Of a stretch of DNA of 58,397 nucleotides, positions 46,701 through 54,409 are shown piece after piece. Source of the DNA: Betaproteobacteria bacterium RIFCSPLOWO2_02_FULL_67_26 (lineage in GTDB: Bacteria; Pseudomonadota; Gammaproteobacteria; Burkholderiales; SG8-41); contig MERD01000040.1 in assembly GCA_001771935.1 (NCBI GenBank), positions 48,058-106,454 of the forward strand, written 5' to 3'. A program made the translations under genes and the position numbers. Position 1 is the stretch's first letter. The number at the start of each line of letters is the position of its first letter. The notes under the pieces were generated by a model, which had not been told where the DNA came from, searched no databases, and saw nothing but the letters and a program-made list of their open reading frames with translations.

Positions 46701-47567
46701 CTTGTATGTGTAATGCCATGCCCCACCGGCTGGCGGTGTCACGGTTTGGAGGAACAAGCCAACGGAAGGAACGACTGCAACCTCGTACTGCCATGTTCGG
46801 GTTCCGTCGCTTATGGAAGTGAGACGCACTCCGTTAGCGTCGCTGGTGTACGAGTACGTGACCGTGCGCCCATCAGACGTGATCAACGTGCCTGGCACCA
46901 TAAAGCCACTGAAAGATTGGTAGCTGATCGTCATGTAATTGCCGTTCCGGTCCACGATACGTGTGGTATACCAAGCCTGCTGTCCAAACGGCGCATTCGC
47001 ATCAGCACGCTGCGTCATCTCGTAGCGTGTTCCATCCGGCGAGTAGACAAGCAGCCCTGTAGGACTGCTCATACACTCCGCGCGCCATCTGTTGGTAGTG
47101 ACAAAACGTGATTGGGCGAGAAAATAAGTATCGTCCCGAAAAAGAATCTGCCTGCTGCCGTCGGGAAGTTCCAATACAGGCATCCGAAAGCCGTCTTCAA
47201 AGTCTGCGAAGCAAATATCAACAGAGGCTTTTCGAAGCACCCGGCCGAAATGCATGGTCCAGCCAACTCCGAAGGGGGTCGGTTCTGCGACACCGGACTC
47301 GTCCACGTTGGTATACGACCGTTGAATCTTGAGATCGAAGCCTCCGTTCCCCGGAATGTAAAGGTCGACGTAGTGATGTTGTAGCCGCCCGGTGTGAGGA
47401 TCAATGTGCTCGTTGAAATGCTGGTTTAGATAGGAGCGCGTGGGATACAGCCCCGGCTCTTTGTAATAATCGAAGTTCGGGTCTGTGTCCTGTGCCCTTG
47501 CGTGCTGAGCAATACCGAACGTGAAGCTCAGCATGACGATCGCGCGTAGTATCGTCCACGTTTTCAT
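43713..47567 (-). CDS. Secreted Rhs/YD-repeat shell protein lacking the Rhs core, with C-terminal Ig-like domain (1284 aa)
   Basis: SD aaggggag; signal MKTWTIL...HARA/Q; DUF6531-like EHIDPHTG.L...DLYIPG.GG.DL..QRSY; many YD repeats; ends EYVYLQGKLVG, then Ig-like PTGTVTF...GSHTITADYSGD, then WLPAILQLLLDD. Confidence 0.9.
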   Translation of the reverse strand: MKTWTILRAIVMLSFTFGIAQHARAQDTDPNFDYYKEPGLYPTRSYLNQHFNEHIDPHTGRLQHHYVDLYIPGNGGFDLKIQRSYTNVDESGVAEPTPFGVGWTMHFGRVLRKASVDICFADFEDGFRMPVLELPDGSRQILFRDDTYFLAQSRFVTTNRWRAECMSSPTGLLVYSPDGTRYEMTQRADANAPFGQQAWYTTRIVDRNGNYMTISYQSFSGFMVPGTLITSDGRTVTYSYTSDANGVRLTSISDGTRTWQYEVAVVPSVGLFLQTVTPPAGGAWHYTYKSTGGSPGLKSMTSVTYPQGGTINYSYIQTIFAVGVQNTVVSGKTTSDGGAWTFSYIPSIAFNDPDTTTVTALNGTTTYQHVGYGTVETGTYWRVGLLLSKQQTDPGQSPVQTETYTWTSQLISNQDNRRPGSTLANDLDTRAPVLQTKVISRDGNTYTTDYSNNFDAYGNPLTVTESSSGFSRTINLTYQYQNSISGPWIIHQVKDETILGVPNFSITRIIDTRGNVTQENRFGVPTNYTYDPGNGNLLTRTDARGAGFTTEFSNHKRGIPQTEIRPVPGNNVTRVISNEGNVTTEMDGKGDTIQYRYDGLNRLQGNQPGSYAITYPFGNPVSITYPSASQMVVARGTLTQTVNYDGFGRMASVVKTDSASPSQNSTINLAHNAVGQRIYVSYPNAGSGVPCPGNPPAGTCMDYDMLDRIKTVKHPGPATRTYNYGATTVAITNERNITHTYSYRAYGDPDKRELMSISVPEPGANVTITRNPIGRILTVAQGDKTRAYVYNAVGQVPAGNFLTSIIDPETDTTTFGRDQVGNMTSRSVNGTPTTGFIYDALNRLTQINYPGGLPTVIRSYYGDGLLKDVEYGTAALRHFEYDANKNLTLDRLTVDGRIYSLGHSYSGNDGRSTTTFPSGTVVSFNPNGFGRPRAATPFAGNIDFHPSGELKTVEYANGVTTSIALNNRLWPQQLASLRSTPPLVDLKHTYTYDGTGNVKSLETRVDDIVDGLNSMPDLQYDAIDRLVLANTTSGEARAFSYDGAGNLLSQTKGGQILNYGYDGSNRLASISNRPYQFAYDLYGNVVNNGTASTPMFTYNDALQMTCFRCGQTDPVNYAYDGLNMRVRTEKGGIKTYFMYGLDGQLLLEDTPTTSSWGSDLKEYVYLQGKLVGVKAITRVGTATTTSTGSISSLIGGNVTLTVNVSGSSPTGTVTFKEGGVPFGSPVTVTNGSASITLSSLSVGSHTITADYSGDANNAQSSTTFQVTIYNLSWLPAILQLLLDD

Positions 47568-47668
47568 TGTGACTTCTCCCCTTACCTTCAGCGTGGCACA
47601 AGCGTTGCGGTTAATTGCAGACGCAAAAAGCAGTTCATGTTTACAGCGTGTTCCTTCTGAAGCGCAAA

Positions 47669-47980
47669 TCAAGAGTTAGGATCGACCTGATTGACGATAC
47701 AGAATCCTGAACCATCGATTCCGTCGGTGTAAACCGTCACCCCTGAGTTCTGAATTTTTGCTATCAGAGTGACGGCAATCATGGTTTTCGCGCTTTCCGG
47801 TATCTTCATCCAGCCAGCAATGGTTCCCGCACAGTTATCCGGCAAACCTGAGTCAAGCATGATCAATAGCCCGCTTGTAAGCGAAGTCGTATTGTAAATA
47901 TTGCCGGATTGATAATGGGGTCCCGAAAATGCAGACGAGGCGAAAACGATTCCACAAAGCACGAGAAGGGCTCTTGTCAT
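47669..47980 (-). CDS. Small secreted two-Cys protein (copy F)
   Basis: SD gggag; signal ...SAFS; PDNC...KTMIAVTLIAKIQNSGVTVYTDG...C. Confidence 0.8.
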   Translation of the reverse strand: MTRALLVLCGIVFASSAFSGPHYQSGNIYNTTSLTSGLLIMLDSGLPDNCAGTIAGWMKIPESAKTMIAVTLIAKIQNSGVTVYTDGIDGSGFCIVNQVDPNS

Positions 47981-48153
47981 AGTAACTCCCAGCGTACGCC
48001 CAAGGTCTGTCTATATATTGCAGTAGCTGACGTTCACCGCGCTACCGGCGCTGCGACTCCGATCTGTGCCGCGAATCCTTACTTATAGTGCTGAATATCG
48101 GACGCGCAATTGCAAACGTCTAACTTACAGTCATAGGAATAGCCCATTCACAG

Positions 48154-48486
48154 CTACTTCTGTAACCAAATATGTACAGCCCGAATGCAGGAATCTGGTT
48201 CATAGGTAGCCACACGCACCTTTAGGCCAGTCGCCAGTGCCATCAGCGCGGTCGCATATGCCTTGTCGTGCAGCTTCTGCGTACCAGCAGCATCGCGTGG
48301 AAACGTAATCTGTCCGGCAGTACTGCAGAGCCCCGATCCACCCGTCACAAGGACGACAAAGTCGTCGGTATTGCCGCTGGTATTAGTAACGCCCGTGATC
48401 TCCCCATCCCAAAGGACATAACCAGCGCTTGCATTCAACGACATTGCAAGAAGCAACGCGCCGATCAAGCAAATCATCTTTCTCAT
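48154..48486 (-). CDS. Small secreted two-Cys protein (copy G)
   Basis: Start reassigned to MRKMIC; signal ...ASA; C...KAYATALMALATGLKVRVATY...C. Confidence 0.8.
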   Translation of the reverse strand: MRKMICLIGALLLAMSLNASAGYVLWDGEITGVTNTSGNTDDFVVLVTGGSGLCSTAGQITFPRDAAGTQKLHDKAYATALMALATGLKVRVATYEPDSCIRAVHIWLQK

Positions 48487-48641
48487 AGCGATTCCCTTCT
48501 GGGACCAAAAGCCTTCCGCGGAAGCACGAAACCCAATCGCGTCACTAGATTCGTCATTAGATTTATTGTTTGTTACAAAGCTGCGGTCGGCCCCTTGTAC
48601 GTTTCCACAGGGATAGTCTAGTGTGCCCGAGCCCATTGTTC

Positions 48642-48684
48642 TGTCAGGATTGCCCTGACAGATTCTGTAGGGTTTTGCCTGACA
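48642..48684. promoter_or_regulatory. Tandem 19-bp palindromic operator-like sites upstream of the island operon
   Basis: tgtcagg-attgc-cctgaca (48642-48660) and tgtaggg-ttttg-cctgaca (48666-48684). Confidence 0.5.
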
Positions 48685-48769
48685 TCCTCCCCCCTCCGCA
48701 CTCACGACTGTATGTGCAAGGAGCTCACCCGACCGGGGAAGAGAGAATCCAGCTCATTGGTTATACGAA

Positions 48770-49510
48770 TCATTTTTCGTCAGGGAAGTAGGAGGGCGGT
48801 ATGGGCCGCCGCCAGTACGGCGTGAAGTCCACTTCGCCGGGCGGGATCACCAGGGGCGGCGGGGCGGCTAGCCACGCCAGCAGCCGCTCGCGCAGGCCGG
48901 CGTCGTGAAAGCGGATCAGCCCCTGGCGCTCGTAATCCTCGATCAGGGCCAGGCGCGCGCCCTGGGGATCGGGGCCGAAGCGGGTGAGCGCGACCACCCC
49001 GCCGTACTGCTCGTAGATCGCCCGGTTCGTCTTCCAGAACTCGATCCAGGGGCCGGACAGCGCTGCCTGCTCCTCGGCATCGGGCCCGGTCAAGCCTTCG
49101 TTGCTGGCGTCGTGCCGCGCGAGGCGCGTGAGTACCGCGCGGAATTCCTCCAGCCACTCGCGCTGCTTGGCATCGAGGTCCAGGGCGGCAAGCCGCTGGT
49201 TCAACTCCTCGAGCTTGCGCGCCCGCTGCGCGCGGTCCTTGCGCTCGAATTCGCGGTGATAAGTCGCAAGCTCAGCAACTTCCCCGGCTGTGGCGTCGAG
49301 CCCATTGTGCTCGACGTAGTGCCTGGCCGCGCGGCGCCACACGAGGTCGAAAAGCCGTTTCAGCTCCGCCGCCTTCGTGCCCGGGCCGGCAAGCTCAGAC
49401 CGGCTGATACCTTCTCCCAGGATCGTCACCGCGTTCTCCGCGCCGCGCGTGCTCAGGGGACCCAGCGTGATCGCGGCGAACAGGATCACCAGTGCATGGC
49501 GGAGTTTCAC
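48770..49510 (-). CDS. Secreted hypothetical protein, weakly SurA-N-like
   Basis: GTG start giving MKLRHALVILFAAITL signal; helical region VTILGEGISRSEL...GLDAT.GEV. Confidence 0.6.
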   Translation of the reverse strand: MKLRHALVILFAAITLGPLSTRGAENAVTILGEGISRSELAGPGTKAAELKRLFDLVWRRAARHYVEHNGLDATAGEVAELATYHREFERKDRAQRARKLEELNQRLAALDLDAKQREWLEEFRAVLTRLARHDASNEGLTGPDAEEQAALSGPWIEFWKTNRAIYEQYGGVVALTRFGPDPQGARLALIEDYERQGLIRFHDAGLRERLLAWLAAPPPLVIPPGEVDFTPYWRRPIPPSYFPDEK

Positions 49511-49909
49511 CGAAACATTGTAGCCCTGTGTTCGCGGCATCCCCCGCGAGCCGCGCCGGACGGGCGTTCCCGGCGACGTCCGCCGCCCCATAGGGGCCCT
49601 CGCGCACCGTGTTGATATCCCGCCTCTGCGCTGCCGGTATTTCCCGGCTCCAGGCCGCACTTTGCACCTGGCCTTGGGCCCGGCGCTTCGTCGAAGGAAC
49701 TGCGTTCACCCCCGGGCCCCGCAAGCGTCGCCTTGCCCCGGTCAGCCAGGAGTTCGCGCATGGCAGTTAACGCCTTGAAGTCAAAACGTATTACGGGAGA
49801 CTGGCCGCGAAACCGCGCGCTGTGTGCAACGCTTTCAAAATTTCCCCGTGGGGCGCCCGAATGCCGTCTGCCACGCCGCCGCACGGTGGCTGCCCGGCAC
49901 TGTTACAAA

Positions 49910-49944
49910 TAATTCACAATTTTTGTGGATAACTTTGTGGGTAA
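49910..49944. promoter_or_regulatory. Cluster of three DnaA-box-like 9-mers
   Basis: tgtggataa (49924-49932, perfect), tgtgggtaa (49936-49944), taattcaca (49910-49918). Confidence 0.5.
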
Positions 49945-50040
49945 CCGGCATGGACGGGCGCGAATCAGGCGAATTGACGGGCTCGCGTCTGGATTGCACA
50001 AAAATTCAGCAAAGCGCCGGCAAGGATCACCGATCTCGGG

Positions 50041-52056
50041 TCACTGCTTCAATATGCGCAGCAGGTTATAGAAATCGTCGGTCCACACGCGGAAGTCAGG
50101 GCGCGGCGCGAGCGGCTCCGCCACGGAGCGGATTGCCTCGGCGGCGAGCAGCTGCTTGTTCTTCGTGACGAGGATCTGGTCCGTGGGCGAGATCCAGTAA
50201 TCGGCGCCCTCGGTGTTGTCCGGGACGTCGGTCACCAGCACCGCGGTCAGTCCGAACTCGGCCGCCAGGCGCTCCACGACCGGCGAGATGTCCACGAAGC
50301 GGTTGGTCGCCTGGAATACGATCACCCCCTCGGGCTTGAGGTGGCGCAGGTAGATCGCCATCGCCTCGCGCGTGATGAGGTGCATCGGTATCGAGTCCCC
50401 CGAAAAGGCGTCGATCGCGAGGAGGTCGTAGCCCTGGTCCTGCTCGCGTTCGAGCGAGAGGCGCCCGTCGCCGAGGACGACGTCCACCTGGGCCTTGCTG
50501 TCGCGCAGGAAGGTGAATTCGGTGACCGCGACCGCGGCCACCTGGGGATCGATTTCGTAGAAGCGGAACAGGTCCCCCTGCCGCGAATACGCCGCAATGG
50601 CGCCCGCGCCGAGGCCGAGCACGCCCACGCGCCGCGGTCCGTCGGGGAGGCTCGCGAACGCGCGCCCGTAACCGCTCGTCGGGGCGAAATAGCTGGTGGG
50701 CCGGGCGCGCGATTCCGGGTCCAGCAGCTGGCCGCCATGGTTGATGCCACCGTGGTACATCACGCGGAACGGCACCGGCGTCGGGTAATCGCGCGTGCGC
50801 ACGACGCCGTAGAAATTGCGCATCTTGATGCGCGTGTTCGAGAGATAGTCGCTGATGTTGATCACCGCGAAGGTGGCGCTCGCCATCACCACCGCGAGCG
50901 AGGCGCCGGCGACCCACCAGCGGCTCGCGAGCGTGCGGTAATAGAGCAGCACCGCGCACGCGACCACCGCGACCTGCAGCTCGTAATAGCCCGACATCAG
51001 GTACGGCGCGGCGACTCCCACCAGCAACGCGCCCAGGGCGCCGCCCACCGCTACCATCACGTAGAAGGTCGTCAGGTAGCGCGGACCGGGCCGGAGCAGG
51101 GTCAGCTCGCCGTGGCAGAACATGCAGCAGGCGAACAGGCCCGCCGCGTACAGCGGCGCGGCAGTCCACAGGTCGAGCGAGTCGCTGTACCAGGCCATCG
51201 CCGGCAGCAACAATGCCGTGGCCGTCAGGAATACACCGCGGTGGTACCAGCGCGGGTGATCGAAGCACAGGATGAAGGTCAAGAGGTAGAGCGACAGCGG
51301 CACCACCCACAGGAACGGGATCGAGGCGACGTTCTGGGTCAGCTGGTTGGTGACCGCGAGCAGCAGGCACGAGCCCACGGCGGAAAGCGCGACCCATGCC
51401 AGGTAATCGCTGATGGCAGGCGGCTTCCCGGCATGATCACCCGCCCGGGCCGCCGGCGCTTGCGCCGCCGCTGGCGCGCGGGTGCTGACGAACGCCGTCA
51501 CCCCGCACAGCAGCACGAACGCGCAATAGGCGATCGACCAGACCCACGACTGCGCGGCGAGCGGCAGGAACGGCTCGATCAGCACCGGGTACGACAGGAG
51601 GGCGAGCAGCGACGCCAGGTTCGACAGCGCGAACAGGCGGTACGGCACGGCATGCCGGAAGCTTTGCCAGAACCACGCCTGCACCAGGGGGCTGGTGGCC
51701 GAGAGCAGGAAGTACGGCAAGCCGATCGTGGCGCCGAGCAGCCCCAGTATGATCAGCGAGGGCTCGCCGCTTTCCGCGCCGGGCTTCCAGTGCGCATCCG
51801 GGATAATCGGTATTACCAACAGGCTCGTGGCCAGCAGCGCGATGTGCAGCCAGGCCTGCCTGCGCGGCGCGAGCAGCCGCGTGGTCCAGTCGGAATAGGC
51901 GTAGCCGACGAGCAGCACCGACTGGAAGAACACCAGGCACGTCGCCCACACCGCCGCCGCGCCGCCGAACCACGGCAGGATCTGCTTCGCGATGACCGGC
52001 TGGACCAGGAACAGCAGAAAGGCGCTGAGGAATATCGTGCCGGCGTGCAGGAGCAT
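50041..52056 (-). CDS. Fused membrane protein/spermidine-synthase-like methyltransferase
   Basis: Multi-TM N-terminus; GVLGLGAG, YEIDP, GDGRLSL, DAFSGDSIP, WTDDF. Confidence 0.88.
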   Translation of the reverse strand: MLLHAGTIFLSAFLLFLVQPVIAKQILPWFGGAAAVWATCLVFFQSVLLVGYAYSDWTTRLLAPRRQAWLHIALLATSLLVIPIIPDAHWKPGAESGEPSLIILGLLGATIGLPYFLLSATSPLVQAWFWQSFRHAVPYRLFALSNLASLLALLSYPVLIEPFLPLAAQSWVWSIAYCAFVLLCGVTAFVSTRAPAAAQAPAARAGDHAGKPPAISDYLAWVALSAVGSCLLLAVTNQLTQNVASIPFLWVVPLSLYLLTFILCFDHPRWYHRGVFLTATALLLPAMAWYSDSLDLWTAAPLYAAGLFACCMFCHGELTLLRPGPRYLTTFYVMVAVGGALGALLVGVAAPYLMSGYYELQVAVVACAVLLYYRTLASRWWVAGASLAVVMASATFAVINISDYLSNTRIKMRNFYGVVRTRDYPTPVPFRVMYHGGINHGGQLLDPESRARPTSYFAPTSGYGRAFASLPDGPRRVGVLGLGAGAIAAYSRQGDLFRFYEIDPQVAAVAVTEFTFLRDSKAQVDVVLGDGRLSLEREQDQGYDLLAIDAFSGDSIPMHLITREAMAIYLRHLKPEGVIVFQATNRFVDISPVVERLAAEFGLTAVLVTDVPDNTEGADYWISPTDQILVTKNKQLLAAEAIRSVAEPLAPRPDFRVWTDDFYNLLRILKQ

Positions 52057-52193
52057 GGGGCCGCTAACGGGTCAAAAGCGCGCTAGTGTACCGCATCACC
52101 CCCGGCACCGGCAGGAAACGGGCCTGCGGCTAACTTGTGAAGCCCGGTGACGCAGTGACGAAGTGAAGGCGCCGCCCCCGGCCGGAGGCGAAA

Positions 52194-52412
52194 CTAGCGC
52201 CGCGGAAGGGCGCGCGCGGCGAGCTCGCCGTAGAATCGCTCGCACAGCCTGAATCGTCGTTCAACCGGATCGAGGCCCTCCGGCATCGAAGCCTCCGCCA
52301 GGGCAAAGGCCGTATCGAACATCTCCGTGCAGATACGGACGCGCTCCTCCGGCTCCATGGAGGCGTAGCCCTCCTCCACCAGCTTCCGAAACTCAGGTGT
52401 CGTGTCCTGCAT
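52194..52412 (-). CDS. Small partner of nucleotidyltransferase (putative TA component)
   Basis: DT.PE...MEPEER....EMF pattern; overlaps the upstream NTase gene. Confidence 0.55.
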   Translation of the reverse strand: MQDTTPEFRKLVEEGYASMEPEERVRICTEMFDTAFALAEASMPEGLDPVERRFRLCERFYGELAARALPRR

Positions 52413-52947
52413 CGAGGCTTTTCCGCAGCAATTCCGTTACCGAGAGTTCTTCCGCCCAGCGCTCAAGATACTTGCGATCCGCGCCGCCCGCAAGGAGCGC
52501 CCGCACATCGCGCATCTGCATTTCCGAGCCCGAATCCCCGGCCCAGGCAAGCTTGGACAGGATCAGGTCTTCGCGGCTCACGATCCAGGCCTCGAAGCCC
52601 GGCATACGGACACGCTGACGGCGCCCGAATTCGTGCCGCCGGTAAGGCGTGTCCTTGCGAACGATGAAGTCGAGCTTGACGAGCTGGCCGAGGTGCAGCA
52701 CGTTGAACATGCCGCCGCCGGCGATGGCGCGGGCGATGTCCGCCTCCGAAGCGTAGTAATCCGGCGCAAACAGCGCCGCCACCGGCTGCGCCAGGCGCCC
52801 CGCAAGCTCCACGACCAGATCGATGTCGCGCGTCATGCGCGGCTGCGCGTAGTAGCTCAGCGCGATCGAGCCGGTGAGCATGTAGGCGATTCCCGCGCGC
52901 TCGAGCCGCGTCGCGGCGTCCTGCAGAACTTCAAGCTCGGCCGTCAT
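52393..52947 (-). CDS. Nucleotidyltransferase-fold protein (putative TA/Abi component)
   Basis: YMLTGS.A...Y..PRMTRDIDLVV; EDLILSKL.W. Confidence 0.75.
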   Translation of the reverse strand: MTAELEVLQDAATRLERAGIAYMLTGSIALSYYAQPRMTRDIDLVVELAGRLAQPVAALFAPDYYASEADIARAIAGGGMFNVLHLGQLVKLDFIVRKDTPYRRHEFGRRQRVRMPGFEAWIVSREDLILSKLAWAGDSGSEMQMRDVRALLAGGADRKYLERWAEELSVTELLRKSLDAGHDT

Positions 52948-53015
52948 GTTGACGACTATACTGCCGAAACCCGGTGACGGCTGGCGACTGACGGGGCGAA
53001 ATCACCCATCACTCA

Positions 53016-54239
53016 TCACCCATCACTCATCACCTCAGGGCGCGGCACGGCCCGCGCCAGCGCGATGAACAGCAATCCCGCGGCGACCCATAGCACGAAG
53101 GGAGTCCATTCCAGGGCCGGGGCGATGCCCTGGACCTTGTTGATCTCCAGCGCAACCACAGCGATCCGCCCGAGCGCGGCGGCCGCCAGCACTGCGAAGA
53201 GCAGCCCCAGCGCCAGGCCCTCGCGCCCGGTGCGGCCGTACTCCAGCGCGGCGGTGAAGCTCGCCATCAGGATGCAGCCCCAGGCGCCGCCCGCCACGAA
53301 CTGCACAGCGAGGAGCGTGTCGAGATCACGGACGAACGCGCCCGCGAGCGAGGCGCCGCCGCCGATCAATGCCGCAATCGCGATCACGGGCAGTGTCCCG
53401 TGGCGGCCCGCAAGCACCGCCCCCGGGAACATCGCGAGATTGAACCCGATCCAGAACACCGGCATCAGCCAGGGCAGGCGCTCGGGCGCGGCGACGCGCA
53501 GGTACTGCCCGGCGCTGTTGAGCGAAAAATGAATCTGGAAGCCCAGCGCGAGCAGCAGGCAGCCCGCGATGAACATCCACGAGCCCGCGGTGAGGCGCGC
53601 CGGCGCCCTTGCCGGCGGCGCGGCGGGCGCCGGTTGCCGGGCCAATGCCCGCTCGACCCAGATCAGTCCGGCGGTGGTGGCCAGCAACGTCAGGCTGGAG
53701 ACGGCGAACGGCAGGCGCGGATCGAGGTTTTTCAGCGTGATGCCCAGGTACGGCGCGATCGCCCCGCCAATGGCAAGGCCGCTCAGCATCAGGGCATTCA
53801 TCCACGGCACGCTGGGCGCTGCGGCGTGGCGTGACAGCAGGACCCAGGGGGGAGCACGCAAGGCCGAGGAAGTCACCGTCCACACCAGGATCAACCCGAG
53901 CGATGCGGCAGGTGCGAGCGCGCCCCAGGCGGTGACCTGCGGAATCAGCAGAAACGCAATACATGAAACCGTTGTCAGGCCGACGATGAGTGGGCCGATA
54001 CGCCCCAGCGCCCGCCCCGCCCGGTCCGCCGCCACGCCGGTCACCACGTCCATCACCACGAAGGTGAGCTGGTCGAGCAGCAGTATCCACGGCGCGTAGC
54101 GCCTGGGCAGCCCGGCGGCCTCCAGCAACCCGGGAAGGAAGATGACGTAGATCGTCCAGCACGTGACGAACAGGAACTGGACGACGGCGAGATAGAGCGC
54201 CGCGCCGTTGGGCGAGCGGGGGGTGGCGGTGTCAGGCAT
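53016..54239 (-). CDS. MFS-like membrane protein
   Basis: About 12 hydrophobic segments; GVAADR loop motif. Confidence 0.75.
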   Translation of the reverse strand: MPDTATPRSPNGAALYLAVVQFLFVTCWTIYVIFLPGLLEAAGLPRRYAPWILLLDQLTFVVMDVVTGVAADRAGRALGRIGPLIVGLTTVSCIAFLLIPQVTAWGALAPAASLGLILVWTVTSSALRAPPWVLLSRHAAAPSVPWMNALMLSGLAIGGAIAPYLGITLKNLDPRLPFAVSSLTLLATTAGLIWVERALARQPAPAAPPARAPARLTAGSWMFIAGCLLLALGFQIHFSLNSAGQYLRVAAPERLPWLMPVFWIGFNLAMFPGAVLAGRHGTLPVIAIAALIGGGASLAGAFVRDLDTLLAVQFVAGGAWGCILMASFTAALEYGRTGREGLALGLLFAVLAAAALGRIAVVALEINKVQGIAPALEWTPFVLWVAAGLLFIALARAVPRPEVMSDG

Positions 54240-54409
54240 AGGTTGTGCGGTATTTCACAGTGTCTGACCCGCCGCTGTCGAGATTTCGATCATGCATCGT
54301 CGAATGCGCGGACTGTCGTCCAGCCTTCGACATCATCCCGAATCCCTTCCCGTCACCAGGCAAAAGTATAAATAACGTCAAAAACAAATAGTTACAATCA
54401 TGAGCGCTC

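Noticed and set aside
43713-47567. T6SS effector or Tc-toxin B/C subunit
   Set aside because: Has a Sec signal; no PAAR, VgrG, EagR, SpvB or TcA genes or domains in the window
49800-50040. Chromosomal replication origin
   Set aside because: Only three boxes, no dnaA/dnaN/gidA/parAB nearby and no clear unwinding element
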